A stretch of 64,000 nt of DNA, filler included, from Basidiobolus ranarum (lineage: Eukaryota): assembly GCA_040143965.1 (NCBI GenBank). It is 3 parts of 3 records of this genome, joined end to end, with 100 filler letters (N's around TTAATTAATTAA, not from the genome) between each part and the next. Parts side by side here need not be neighbours in the genome. Positions count along the whole stretch, not along the records: positions 23,318 to 46,495 come from JASJQH010000171.1; positions 46,596 to 64,000 come from JASJQH010000305.1; 1 more part is not named here. One strand, 5' to 3'. The position numbers and the translations under genes were made by a program. Positions within the stretch are counted from its first letter, which is position 1, and each line of letters starts with the position of its first letter. Below the pieces are notes generated by a model. That model had not been told where the DNA came from and ran no database searches. It saw only the letters and a program-made list of their open reading frames with translations. Shown here one piece after another: positions 38,191 through 50,749 of the stretch.

Positions 38191-38674
38191 CCCACTTATT
38201 GATTATATCATGTTGCACAAACTCCCGAATATCTCAAACAATTGATTTACTTCTCTGCTATATAAGTCACTGAGAAGTGACAAGCACTGCACACTAAAAG
38301 TTAAAGTTTTTAATGATACTATAAAAACGATGTAACTGGTTAGGTAATGAAAACTAGATTGATATGATGCCCCGTGATGCCTCCATAAGCAGTCCCTTGA
38401 CGCCAGATGACGCTTTCCAATCTGGTGAACAAATATTGGTGTTCTATTGGTAAAGTAATATTCAGTTCCACCAATTAGGGCCATCTATTAATATAATCGG
38501 AAGAGTGTAGAGGTATGGTGGATAGTAATGGTAGCAAGATAAAAGAATGGGGTCGGATAAATCTACCAAGTTAGAAATCCAGATCTCCCCTAGTTATGCT
38601 GAGTCAGCGAAATTCTGTTGTATATAATGGATGGTTAGTACCTGGTTGTAGTCAAGTCAAACTTGATATTGAAA

Positions 38675-38946
38675 ATGTGCTTTGCCGTACCTTGTGAAAA
38701 ATGTGGAAAAACTACCTGGAAAGGTTGTGGTCAGCATATTGATTCAGGTAAAAAAATTCATTCCCACTATTTCTTAATTCTACTCTACGAGAGAAACTAA
38801 CTTCTATACTCTTTAAAGTCATGAGCAAAGTGCCTGTCGAAGAGAGATGCACTTGCCCAAGAGATCCTCCTGCTCAAGGTAAGCGAAATTGATTTGAACC
38901 TTGGTTCCGTTACAGTTCACTAAAATCCCCACCTTTAGGTCACTAA
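38675..38946 (+). CDS. Small Cys-rich protein, copy B
   Basis: Three exons give MCFAVPCEKCGKTTWKGCGQHIDSVMSKVPVEERCTCPRDPPAQGH. It lies in a duplicated block (about 36810-37634 vs 38321-39174). Confidence 0.8.
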
Positions 38947-39642
38947 CTCAAAAACTTTTCTGCATTCTAACGCAACCGAGTTCTAAAGAAATTCTCTATT
39001 TCTCAGTCTCACCTTTACTTTTGACCGCTATAGTGTTAGCCATGATAATTTATTTTTGGTACAGTAGTACATAAGTACCTTGAAAATAAACCACCTAAAT
39101 CACCTGAACCACCACTTGAGCACCCTAACCCTAAGACCTAACTCTAATGTATGCCTTAAATGCTAAACTCCAATGTTTATTGAATGCAAAGTCTTCAAGT
39201 CACCTGGATCACATATCCTCTACATCCCTATGCATATGGAGTCAATCAACAAGCATTGCCGATAAGATGTTGGCATCGCCTGTATAGTTTAGATTATTAA
39301 AGTTGGTTAAGTAGGCAAATGGAGTAGTGCATATAAGCCAGTTTCTGTGAAATGGTCGAGTAGTGCATAAAAATCAACAAATCTGAGTGAAAATCCTCCC
39401 AAAAATTAATGTAAGAGAAGGCAGCTACTGTATCGAAACCTGTATGCTAATTGATCAGATTCTCTGTCTACAATCTATATAACTTTACCAAGCGAATCTT
39501 GGAATTTCCATTTTCCTTCCTAAGATTGGCCTGTACATCTACCAACACTAGATTTGAGTAAGTGTAAGTCGCTCTATTAAGAATTACGCTGTCTAATGAA
39601 CCTCCTTTATAATCTACTGAAACGCTTCTACAGTGTATAAAC

Positions 39643-40996
39643 ATGAAGATTACCCAGATACTAAGATTTGTGGTTTGGCTGAGCCTTAAAGGAGTGGTGA
39701 CTGGGATATGTCAGATTCCCTTCAAGAAGCATTACATCATACCGAAGACCTCCATTCCACCGGTGATTGATGGAAGTTTGAATGATGGTGTTTGGGAAAA
39801 TGCCCCTTGGACAGAGGACTTTACCAGTTTACTAGATTCATTATCAGGAATAATGCCTTCTACAAATATGAAGACCAGAGCCAAAGTAGAACCAGAGTAT
39901 TTCTATATAGCCACTACTCGATATTAACTCTTTCTTTTTGGACAGATGCTGTGGGATGATCGGAATGTCTATGTTGGTGCGCAAATGATAGATCCATTAC
40001 TATTTGTAAACGTCAGTAATCCTTCGGATCTGGGTAAGTCCTTCTTGATCCTATCCTTCCCATGGAGTTTACCTAATGTTGGTAGGAAATTATTAGAACT
40101 CTTTGACAACACTTTCGAGATGTTTGTCGATTTAGAGCGTACCAATCATCATTATAAACGAATTCAAATGAATCCAATGGGGGTTCACCGTACATTAGAG
40201 TATGCCAAACCTCCGGCTGATGGTGGCTTAGTTAGCCCATGGGACACCTCATCCAGGGTCACTTTTGGTGTGTTTAATAGCACACCAATTAATGTCATAT
40301 ACGATACTTTATCTTTTCTTGACTCGATAACCGAAAGTGGTCGTTGGACGGTGGAGTGGGCTATACCGATAAATCTACTTCGTAGAAGTAGGAAAAGAGG
40401 AGACCCTTCGATGAATTCATTTGCAAACTTTCAATTTATGAGGTAAGTGAGGCATATACCAGGACCACCCCCCCCCAACTCATACTAAATTTCTTTATTG
40501 CGAGAATAGAGCAGGTTGGCCACCATCCACCCTTCCACCACCACCGCCACCAGAGAACCCCAGTGTATTTGATAAGCGAAAGCTGCTTTCAATCTTAGAG
40601 CCGATAACTGAAAGCAGTCCCTTTCAACACGTATGGTCCACTACACCCGACAAACTCAATAATCCAATAGATAATCCGGAATATTGGGGTACGGTGGAGT
40701 TCTCGGAGTTGACCAAGATCACTCCAGAGCATCGTAAAAAACCTGATCCACAAAGGCTAGCTAGATATGTTCTGATGGAAGTGTATCACGCAGAGCGGGA
40801 TTTCTTTGCTACTCACGGACTTTACACTGCCAATTTACATGAATTACATGTCAGAAACCATCATATTACCGAATGTGGTAAACTCCCTAAGATCACTTTG
40901 TCCAAAGATAGATCACGATATGTAGCGAGTGTTAGGTCAGGCGAATATATTGGTAGAGTTCGTGAAGACAGATATTTGTGGTTCTCCAAAATGTGA
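39643..40996 (+). CDS. Secreted carbohydrate-binding family 9-like (CBM9/DOMON-like) protein
   Basis: Signal peptide, PVIDGSLNDGVWENAPWT, TRAKMLWDD..YVGA, FEMFVD, WTVEWAIP, PEYWG; three introns. Confidence 0.8.
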
Positions 40997-41302
40997 TCTC
41001 CCTTTCTCCATTTCCTCCGCCTATATTTAGTCTCGAATTCCCTCATTTTTATAGAAATGTTCGCATTCCCTCATCTATATTTATTAAATCTCATTTTATT
41101 TCTTATCATTCTATTCCTAAATGAATGAGTGATAGTGGAAATATATAAAGCACACACAACCACACATGGATATCAACTAATGGAGGGGGGTTACGAAGGT
41201 ATCATTCATCTATGTACAAAAGTAATATTAAATATCCATCCGTCTTAGTTTTAGGGCTAGGGTTAGGGGAAGTTCCCTACCACGTGATGTCATTCTTGAG
41301 GT

Positions 41303-42278
41303 TTACTCATTAGAGAATTGACTATAATAGCTGGCTCTACAATTCTCTGAAGTAGAGAGTAAAGACTTGATGGATGTACGACAATATCGCTCCACAGGCT
41401 GGCTATCCGAGAAGTTCTCAAGATCGGATTCACTATTAAAGGAAGCATGATGAACTAATTTAGTTGGGAGCTCTTGTCTCTCTATCTCCGAAATTTTCAT
41501 ATCCAATTTCAAACTTGGTCTACCACGTTTCTTTCGTTGAGCGTCAATACAAGAGTCCCCTTTACCAGAGTGTACACAACGCTGACAAGGTCTACTAGCA
41601 TCACATGCCACATGTGAATGTTTACAGTTCACGCATGCCTTTTGAACGTACACCTTTTTGGTTGGAGTTCGATGTTGAACTTCATTTCGTACATTTCCAG
41701 TATAACCATTCAAATTTAACTTAGGTGGATTTAATCTTGCCAAAGGTACACCATAACTCGGAATTTTTCTACTTAATGGTGATAGAAGTTCGATACCTGG
41801 ACGGTCAAAGATTGGTGGGGCTGTCCAAGGGGGAAAAAGGGAATTCTCTAACCTGTCAAAGGGCTAATTGAAATGTCAGAAAATTTAAAAGGAGGGATCT
41901 GATATGTAGTAAAGTTACCCTTTTCTTGCTGGAGATCGGTGTGCGAGGGAATACGTGGTAATCAAGTTTCCTTAGTGTTGGTGAGGATGTAGAAGAATAT
42001 AGAAACGGGTCACTGGAGCATCTGCGCTGATGATTCGGGGTTATCGGGCCGTACTTGGATGATGGGATAGGTGAGAGTTCAAGTGAAAGTGATCTATTAC
42101 TATCTATGTCCTGGTTCTTCAATCGCTGTAGAGATAGTAAAGCCGATACCGATGTGGGTGTGTCGAAACGTGGTCGATTTTGACTGATAAATGAGGTAGG
42201 TGAAGTGTACGGAGGGTTGTCCTCGCTGTGCAAGCTACGAAAATCTTGACCGGTCCACAAAGAAGGAAACTCGTGCAT
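41303..42278 (-). CDS. Zn(II)2Cys6 transcription factor
   Basis: KACVNCKHSHVACDASRPCQRC...C..RKKRGRP; upstream exon joined by an intron at about 41853-41918. Confidence 0.85.
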
Positions 42279-42692
42279 TCTGGTGTTAGGGGAGTGTGAA
42301 TTAGGACAGAAAGAGGACCGGGTATCGAAGATTTGGCTCAAGAGAGTTCAAACCCTACTTGGTGTCGTTAAAAATCGAGTACCTTAGCGTTGCAAGGCGA
42401 TTAAATAAGAAAGTACTTGTGGTGGTGTAGAATATATTTTTAAGTAAAGCTGGTCTCATTCGACATATTGTTCATTGTTCTAACCTATCACTCAATATAC
42501 CATCATCAATAGAACTATTTTTATGTTTCATTTGAAATTAATTTCAATTTAATTTGACTTTTCATCATCAAGTAGGTCAAGTTATTTTCCATCTATTGGA
42601 GTCGATCTATTGGAATGAACCATCCGAGCACTGACAAAAATAATCACTTAAATAGCCACTTCCATTAATGCCACCGCACCCACTCCATTGAC

Positions 42693-42760
42693 TTTTAAAA
42701 ATATCCATTTAATTAATTCCTCATAATTTAAAAATATCCATTTAATCAATTCCTCATAAT
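42693..42760. repeat. 33-bp direct repeat x 2
   Basis: tttaaaaatatccatttaa(t/t)(t/c)aattcctcataa occurs twice. Confidence 0.8.
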
Positions 42761-42938
42761 TCTTGACTCTCGTAAATAGCTTACACTTTGCCCCACATCA
42801 ATCCATTTATCCAATGGATATTATTATAATTATTTAGGGTTAATGGATCGTATTCTACTATTGATAGATAGATTCACGATAGATTGACAAATTATCATGT
42901 AAAGCTGCTTAATTTATTCTTATGCTCAGAATCAATGT

Positions 42939-44317
42939 TCAGACGCTCAGGTATTTGGGTGAAGAAAGCAACTTGTCACTCGAATCAATGAACGCGGAAT
43001 GTCTCTGGATTAAATTAGGTACAATTTTACTCTCTATCTCTACCTCTTCAGCCAACTCTTCATTGGTCAAGGATACGGTTTCTTCGGTGTCATTAGTAAT
43101 GAACCAGACAATTCTCTTACGCGTAGTCAAGATATTCCCAATGACAACCTTGTGGCCATAACGGTTAAGTGCCAACCGAGCCTTCTTGGTTAAAATCTCT
43201 GGGTCGGTTTCAAGCTAAGTATCAAATACAGTGAATAAATAAGGTCACATGACACATGTCAAACGACAAAACCAATCTCACCTTGAATGAAACGATAAAA
43301 CTCTGAGAGGCCCATTTAGTTACCAAAGGTTTAAGAACCTTGGGTACTTGTTCCATGGTGAGGGACAAACCACCACCATCCGATTGAATTTTATGCTCAA
43401 CCTTGAGGGGATTAAAATCTTAGGAAATTATTGAAATATTCAAAGAAAATCTCTTTCTTTACTAACCATTTTCTCCGCTGGAATGAAAAAGTCGCTAACA
43501 GCAGCTGCCAAGTAGAACAATGCTTTTTCTCCCATGGATCCCATGATAAATGCTGCGCTACGGAGATGAAACAAGTAATCCGTTACCGTAACAAAACTTA
43601 TCATCAAAAGGGTTTCTTCTTGTTTTGCCTGGTGTTGTTGAGGATAAGTAGGTGAGAATTTCAAGAGGAGACCATTTTATCACTTACCTTTTGATATTTG
43701 ACCAATACTTCCTGCATTTTTTGGCTGTATTGGGGATCAACTAAGAGAGTGGAGGGTAGGTGGTTAGTATATAGTTACAATAAATAAAGGTAAGAAAGTT
43801 ACCAGTGAGTGGTCCATCCGAGTTCAAACTCATATAATCCAAAAAGCAGTTTTTCGAGTGAGTATAGTGTCTACTATAAGGTTGTAGACTAAACTGACGA
43901 TGTAAGAATACTACTGCATAGCCTAATTCGAGAAAATATGTAAAGAGAAAGGTTAAGGATAAAGAGCAAAAGATGTGACAACAACTATGTGGAAAGAATC
44001 CCGTGACAAAAAGGATATTCAGCGGAAGTAGCACCTCGAGTACCAGCACTAAAGTTATCAATGAAACGAACAGTTTGATTCTCCAACGGTACCGTAGTTC
44101 CACCACTCTATCAGGTAAAATAATTTAAAATCATAGAGGAAGAATCAACACAAGAAAATAAACTTGTTACAGTAATCACAGCTATTCTTCGACCGGCTGC
44201 ACGATGTTTCGCTACGAACATTTCCATAGCTTGTTCGTTGGCAGCAAGATCGGCTGGTGCCGTGTGAGTTCGGAAGTATTCATCCGGCTCAATTAAGGGG
44301 GTATGAGGTCTTGACAT
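42939..44317 (-). CDS. CAB2: Phosphopantothenate-cysteine ligase (PPCS/CAB2)
   Basis: [60 protein letters not shown]. Confidence 0.92.
43940..44018 (-). other. U12-type AT-AC intron in PPCS
   Basis: 5' ATATCCTTTTT, branch site TCCTTAAC, 3' TAC. Removal restores [17 protein letters not shown]. Confidence 0.92.
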
Positions 44318-44710
44318 GTTAAGGAAAAGTAGTACGGATTCGTTTGAACGTCGATAGAGTCCGTTTTTTCACTTTACTATAATCAACTTTCGTTACAAGA
44401 ATCAAGCTTTAAGCATACGGATTAGTCTAATCCAATTTCGAAGATTTAATCGAAATTACATTGATTAAAGCGAACTTTACATATTCTAGCAGTTTGTTTA
44501 AATATTATATTCTCTAGTACCTTGATTTATATGTCGATAACACGTTTAATCCATAAAAGTAAAGTACCCCAGCAGATAAGATTTAGGTTATGTGGGAATG
44601 GTGATACTTCTAATATTATAAGTACTATTTTCAGTAATATAAACACAATGACTAAGGGAGAGAAAGGAAAATCTATATTGAGTACAAAATGCTCATTCAA
44701 TTAGCCGATT

Positions 44711-46260
44711 TTAACGACGTGGTTTGCCGCCTGTCTTCGCCTTTTTGGTCACCTTCTTGGCAGGTTTTTCATCTGCAGTCTAGAAGAAAGCGATTTAGTC
44801 AAGCTCACAAGCGTTAAAGATGCTTTTCAAATACCTTTCTTTTCGGTGAAGCAGATGGGAGCACTTTAAAGAAACCATCCAATCGTCCCTGTGTGCCCGA
44901 CTTTAGGTTTTTCTCCAATTTCTCCACACCTTTCTTGACACGATCCTCACTTTAATATGGGTTAGATTTTGTACATGTGCATCATTTTGTTAGAGTAAAG
45001 CTACCTGAATCCCTTTTCTTTCACCAAAAATTCGATTAAGCCTTCAGCATCGGGTTTCTCCCATTTGAGCTGGATGAAAGCTAGATAAGAATGTAGACAA
45101 TGCAATCGAATAACCATTTCGAAATTTACCTCAGTTTCATCAGGGTCAGCAACCTCAGGCGTGTGGAATAACACTCGGGCAGCCTCGTAAGGCCAGTCTT
45201 CTGGAATTGGATACTTCTTGGAGTCAAGATTCTTGATAATGGTTTCGATATCTTTATGCTGTTTGATGAGGTTAACCGCACGATGTGGGCCTATACCTTT
45301 GATGGAGTCGCAATAATCGCAGCCCAACAAGATACAAAGATCAATAAACTAAGAGCATGTTAGAGCTTGGAATGGATTCATCATAGTTATATGGGTGACC
45401 TCACTTGATTGTAGGTGAGCTCCAATCCTTCCAAAACCTTGTCTAAATGGATTTCATCGATAGGCATTTTTCTGGCCTCACTAAAGGTCAGATGTCTCAT
45501 GAGGATGGGGGAGGAAAATGTCAGGGTATCCATATCTTCAGAAGCTGCAGCGTAGACCTGAGTGATTGAATTTGAATTTCAAATAGAACTTGGTTGAATG
45601 CTATGATAAGGATAGTCTTACTTTTCCAGCTTTGCACAATGCCGCACATTGAGCTTCTGCCTCACATGGTGCTTCGATGTACGGAATTCCCATTAATTTA
45701 AGTAATCGTTTGCACTCATCGTTATGTTCTCTGGTGACTTTGACTGTGCGTCTACTAAACTTATCGATGCCGACCGTATCACCAGCTTCTTGTGCCTCGG
45801 CAAGATTTTTGTTAGCTTCGTTTCTTCTCTCTAAACGTTTAGCTAGCTACATGTACAAGCTAGTTTAATCAATGGATTGAAAAAGGTAGTGCAAAAAGTG
45901 AACGTACTTCTCCGGATTTCAAAGTAGGAGGTTTTCCATCAAACACATAAGCAGGCTTAATTCCGTGTTCAACCATACGTAAAGTTCTATAAAATAAACC
46001 TAACAAATGACTGAAAATACACGAGTTCAGTTGAAACTATCATAGTAAAGGGGGAAACTCTGAGGACTTATTAACCTTGTTGTCTCACCAACATCGTTTT
46101 GAAGTTGTTGACCGTCCTGTCTAACTGCAATTAAAAACTGATAGATAGACATGGAGGCATCAATGGCGACTTTACGTCCGAACAGATGCTTGATTTCAAA
46201 ACTTTTGATGGCATTTGGTGCGTGATCTGCAATAACCTTTGTCAATCCGTGAATACCCAT
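44711..46260 (-). CDS. FEN1: Flap endonuclease 1
   Basis: [43 protein letters not shown] box QGRLDGFF; multi-exon. Confidence 0.97.
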
Positions 46261-46495
46261 ATTTGAACTTTGTGGGGACAACTAGGTAAATGGTTTTATC
46301 CGCAGACAAGGAGTAAGCTTTTCTAATGAATAGGTCACTCAATGGAATCCTTGATTGGATAAGAGTAACAAATTTCAGTCAATATTGTTTATTTTTCGAT
46401 TACCCATGAATACTGGAATGTGACGGAATAGACGAAAATGAAAACAAGTGATAATATCAATAACAAAGAAACCATATGCACATAAACCATTGATT

Positions 46496-46595
46496 NNNNN
46501 NNNNNNNNNNNNNNNNNNNNNNNNNNNNNNNNNNNNNNNTTAATTAATTAANNNNNNNNNNNNNNNNNNNNNNNNNNNNNNNNNNNNNNNNNNNN
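46496..46595. other. Assembly gap (100 nt) with TTAATTAATTAA spacer
   Basis: Same artefact as 23218-23317. Confidence 0.95.
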
Positions 46596-47080
46596 AGTTT
46601 TGTCAAGATGTAAACAAACTAACATGTAGAATGTGTTAAGGAAGGTCCCAGGAACATGTGTGCAAAGTTTGGGGCTTCTTTGAAAAATCTATATAACTGA
46701 GAACTTTTAAGTTGGTAAAAATATTACAAGTAAATTCCTTATGAGAATAATGGATAATATCTTAGTGAATTATAGGATAACTAAGTACTAAGCTATATAT
46801 GACTATATAGGTGTTTAGGCAATGCTAATTTCAACAATTACTCACTATTCTCAATTGGAATTAGAAGTTTGCAGGTACATAGACTTTTCAAACTTGTGCT
46901 AGAAGCACCAAACTTTTCACACATGTTCCTGGGACCTTTCTTAGCATATTTTACATGTTAGTTTATTTACATCTTGACAAAATATAAATGTCAATTTTCT
47001 ACTCAATATATCCTTCAAGGGAAACTGCCAACATCTTTAGTTCTCCAAGCCACTTTCAATAAGCTCCCAAAATGATTTAA
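46596..47080. mobile_element. Non-autonomous TIR element (MITE-like), left arm cut by the gap, right end at TTAA
   Basis: 46596-46680 is the inverted complement of about 46900-46985. No coding capacity seen. Confidence 0.75.
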
Positions 47081-47647
47081 TGGCTGGTGCTTTGAATGCT
47101 AACACTATAAGCACACTTGTAGTCATACCTTTGTACATATGACTTAAGTATGAATCATGTCAAAGCTAATTAGCTGCATGTATTCAAATATGAGTTGTTA
47201 CAAAACCTGGAAATTCTAACAGCTACTTCAACTGGAATCTTTGATATTGCTCATCTGGTTAATAATATTTAGTCAAGTATTACTTAGCTGTAAATCAGAA
47301 CATATACTTGGTATATGTTTGAATTATCCAAGAATTGGTGACGCCCAACTTCCCAACAAGTGAATCCCAATGAAGCATATCAATTTCTTTCTCATTCCTG
47401 TAAAGCGCATTCCATAATATTTCCTATTTAACATTGACTTGATTTAATAAAACGTGACTCATTTCAGATAGAATGCATCACATCATGTGATCTGAGCGAA
47501 GTGTTCTGTTTTGTGTGAAATTTCAAACAAGATTGTTGCAAACATAATGTAGAGCAAGCTGCTGTTACTATTGGACTTCGTTTCATGGGGTTAGAGAGTG
47601 CTTATAAATACTCAGAGCTACACACCAGTTATTTTTTCATTCACAAG

Positions 47648-48013
47648 ATGAAAATTTGTATTGCTATAGGCTTGTTACTTGTCACGGTTTGTTCTGTCAA
47701 GACGGACTTGCTTTTCGAATTTAACGGTAGTTGCAGGCCAATTACTGGCGCTTATCGTGAGTGTTATATTTCATGTCTACCTGCTAACAAAGAGGCTAGA
47801 CAGATGTTAAGTAATGTTTCGGATTATCTTGGTCTGAAGCAGGGTGGCTGGAATAAATTTTCAAGAATAGACCCCGACACTGGTTGTTCCCAAGATTTGT
47901 GGAGGAAAGTGATAGGAGCTACCATGGTTTATTGCAAGCCGGAAACCATCAAGTTTGATAATTGTAAACTTGGAGATAAAATGCTACAATTGATCAGAAG
48001 CCGGTCGCCATAG
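47648..48013 (+). CDS. Small secreted Cys-rich protein
   Basis: Signal peptide MKICIAIGLLLVTVCSVKT, six Cys in the mature part, upstream TATAAAT. Confidence 0.75.
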   Translation: MKICIAIGLLLVTVCSVKTDLLFEFNGSCRPITGAYRECYISCLPANKEARQMLSNVSDYLGLKQGGWNKFSRIDPDTGCSQDLWRKVIGATMVYCKPETIKFDNCKLGDKMLQLIRSRSP

Positions 48014-48613
48014 CGTCAAGTTAGAAGAATACGGCCCTAATCCTATCATATTCCCTCATGTCAGCCCTAACCTATTAAACCCAATTATTTTGACTATTTA
48101 CCTCTATTCGCACTATTATGTACCGTTTGCTCAGTGAAGAATAGCAATGAACAAAGCAGCCACGTCTTTGATGCTAGAATCTCCACTTTGTTTTGTTTGA
48201 TTTTCGAGTTAGATTAGTGTCGCGAAGATTCCAGTCATTTATAAAGATCAACAAAAACTTGGCCGAAATGGTGCCTTTCATCACCCTGGCAGAAGGAATA
48301 GAATAAATATTGTTTAAAATATTGTTTACAATATCGCTTAAAATGCGCACAAAGCTCCAATGGCCCCTATCCCTACATTTCACATCCCTGGCAATCAGTA
48401 TTCCAGTATTCCTTACTTCCTAACGTTGATCCGGTCACCAAGAATCTCATCCTCATCATCCATCTGATTGGCCCTTTAAATTTGTTGAACTACAGGGGTA
48501 GTGGAGTTATTTCATCGGTTAGATTAAGTGTTCCACGTGTAGAATCCATAATAAATTGTGATTCCAGTGGAAGAAAATCCCCCTTTTCCAACGATCGAAA
48601 GCTTGGTGACAGG

Positions 48614-49080
48614 ATGGTAAGTCATCATATATATTACTAACGGATGGATGTCATTGACTTGGATGGATTCTTTCATACAAGTACTGGCATTGTGGCCTAC
48701 GTTCGAAGCTCATACTAATTGCAATTCACTAGACTACCAAAAGAAGAAATCACGGACGTAACAAGAGTGGACGTGGACACGTCAAGCCAGTTCGTTGTGT
48801 TAACTGCGCTCGTTGCGTTCCTAAAGATAAGGCTATCAAGCGTTTCACCATCCGTAACATGGTTGAATCCGCTGCCGTTAGAGATTTGAAGGAAGCCTCA
48901 GTCTACGCTGAATACGCTCTCCCTAAGCTCTATGTCAAGCTTCACTACTGCATCTCCTGCGCTATTCATCAACACATCGTCCGTGTTCGTTCATGTGTTG
49001 GCCGTAGAATCAGAACTCCTCCTCCCAGATTCCGTTTCGACAAAGATGGCAAGAAGGCTAACCCCGCCAAAACTGCTTAA
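48614..49080 (+). CDS. RPS26: 40S ribosomal protein eS26
   Basis: ATG, then intron 48617-48732, then [22 protein letters not shown]...[11 protein letters not shown]. Confidence 0.97.
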
Positions 49081-49365
49081 ATAAATATCCACTTTGTTTA
49101 AAGTAATAACCATTAACATACTTTCGATTCTATTTGATTCATAGTAAACATGTTTAATGGTTATTGAAATAAATGTTGCTTTATCTCGTGTTTTGTGTCG
49201 TATACATTTCATCTATATTCTTTTGGCTGACTATTTCTGATGTGTGAATTTCCGTTGGCTACGTTTCGGTAAAACCATGTGACTGGTTTCGCTATATGTA
49301 CGCCCAAATATCTACAGTTGAGTGAAACCAAGAAATTCTCTTTTCTCACTGACTTTGGCTACAAT

Positions 49366-50238
49366 ATGGAAGAAATATACGGTGTTGGAGAAAAGCATGA
49401 ACTCAACTCTTTGAATGGCCATATAAATCCTAGGTATTGTTTTAGGACCCGAAGCAAGAGATTCCTTTCTGATTTTTGAGAGTAGAGGGTTTCTTTAAAC
49501 AACACGAGGAAACGTATGTGTACCTAAACTGGTTGTTTAATTTTTAGGGACTTTGGAGCTAGAGCTATACACACTCATCCTCGAGAGTTCCTTCCATCCG
49601 ATCCCAACTCCTCTTCGCAAAAACGTCGACATAGTGTATCTTATCAGCAAGCCAACCGGACTGCCCCTTATGCTATACCAAATGGCAAAGAGATACCGTT
49701 TGGCCGTCCTCGACATTCAAGTGAAGCGGACATAATGGAACGTATTATCTTTACACCACGAGAGGGAGACCATGATCGCACATATAACGCTTTATATGAT
49801 TTAGTCAAGAAGGAGATATTGTTGAACGATCCAAGCAAGACAAACGAGCAAATAAGAATTTTAACTAGTGAAATTCTCGACCTATTTCGAAATACCAGTG
49901 GGTCGGACCAAGAAAAGCTATACTTGGTACAACAATTGTTTCCCAAATCTCCCCAAATCTCTACGGAGGTTTTCGCAGAGTTAATTGCCTTGACTCAAAG
50001 ACTTGTACTACTTAATTACCAACCGAACGAGACACGCCCCAATAACCCCCCTAATCTCAAGAAAATCTCACCTCCTATTGAAAGACTTTTGAAAGGAGCC
50101 ACTTTACCCCATTCATTTATGAACGCTTCTGGAGTGGAAGAAACTCTGAATGACGATGAAATGAGAGTTGGTGGACAATATCAAGATGTGGAATACGACT
50201 CGGAAATATCCACCAAGACTGATTTCGACTCGGATTGA
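49366..50238 (+). CDS. Short protein resembling only the N-terminal/plug region of splicing helicase Brr2
   Basis: Exon 1 ...ELNSLNGHINPR, intron 49434-49547, then DFGARA...FTPREGDHDRTYNALYDLV...ILTSEILDLFRN...EK...EVFAELIALTQRL. Confidence 0.55.
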
Positions 50239-50749
50239 ACCGTGCACTTTATCAATATTTACTATGAATAAATCACTTTAAAACCAGATCAGCTTACCCT
50301 AAGTAGACACTATCAATGCATTACAAAACAACCAGCCTGGCCCAGTAGAGCCGACGGGTATGAGCGGAACCAAGACTGTACATACTAGTCATCTAGTCCA
50401 GATCATTGTAATTTCACTTTATGTGGAGGGTAATGGGTAAGGGGTGGAGAGAATCCTCGACATATTCAGAAATGGTCCTGATGCTCCCGAACAGCTAGGT
50501 TCTGGATTCCATCAGAAATCCACCATCTTTCGGGAAAACATGGGGAATGATGTTTGTGGAATGGCTTATTTTACTCTCGACCACACTTGTGACCGAGTCT
50601 ATTGTACCTAGCTAATATGGCAAACGGTATGCTCATCGACGCTCGAGTACTTGAACGGGGAAACCCGTAGAAGTTTGTAATTATATTTAAACGAAACAAA
50701 GGATGAGAGTGTCTTCATACCTCAACCAAAATCCCTTAGTACTCGAGAT

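Noticed and set aside
49733-49737. TAATG overlapping stop-start between ORFs 49553-49735 and 49735-50238
   Set aside because: The second frame stays open upstream to a splice acceptor at 49547, so the first ORF is an off-frame shadow rather than termination-reinitiation.
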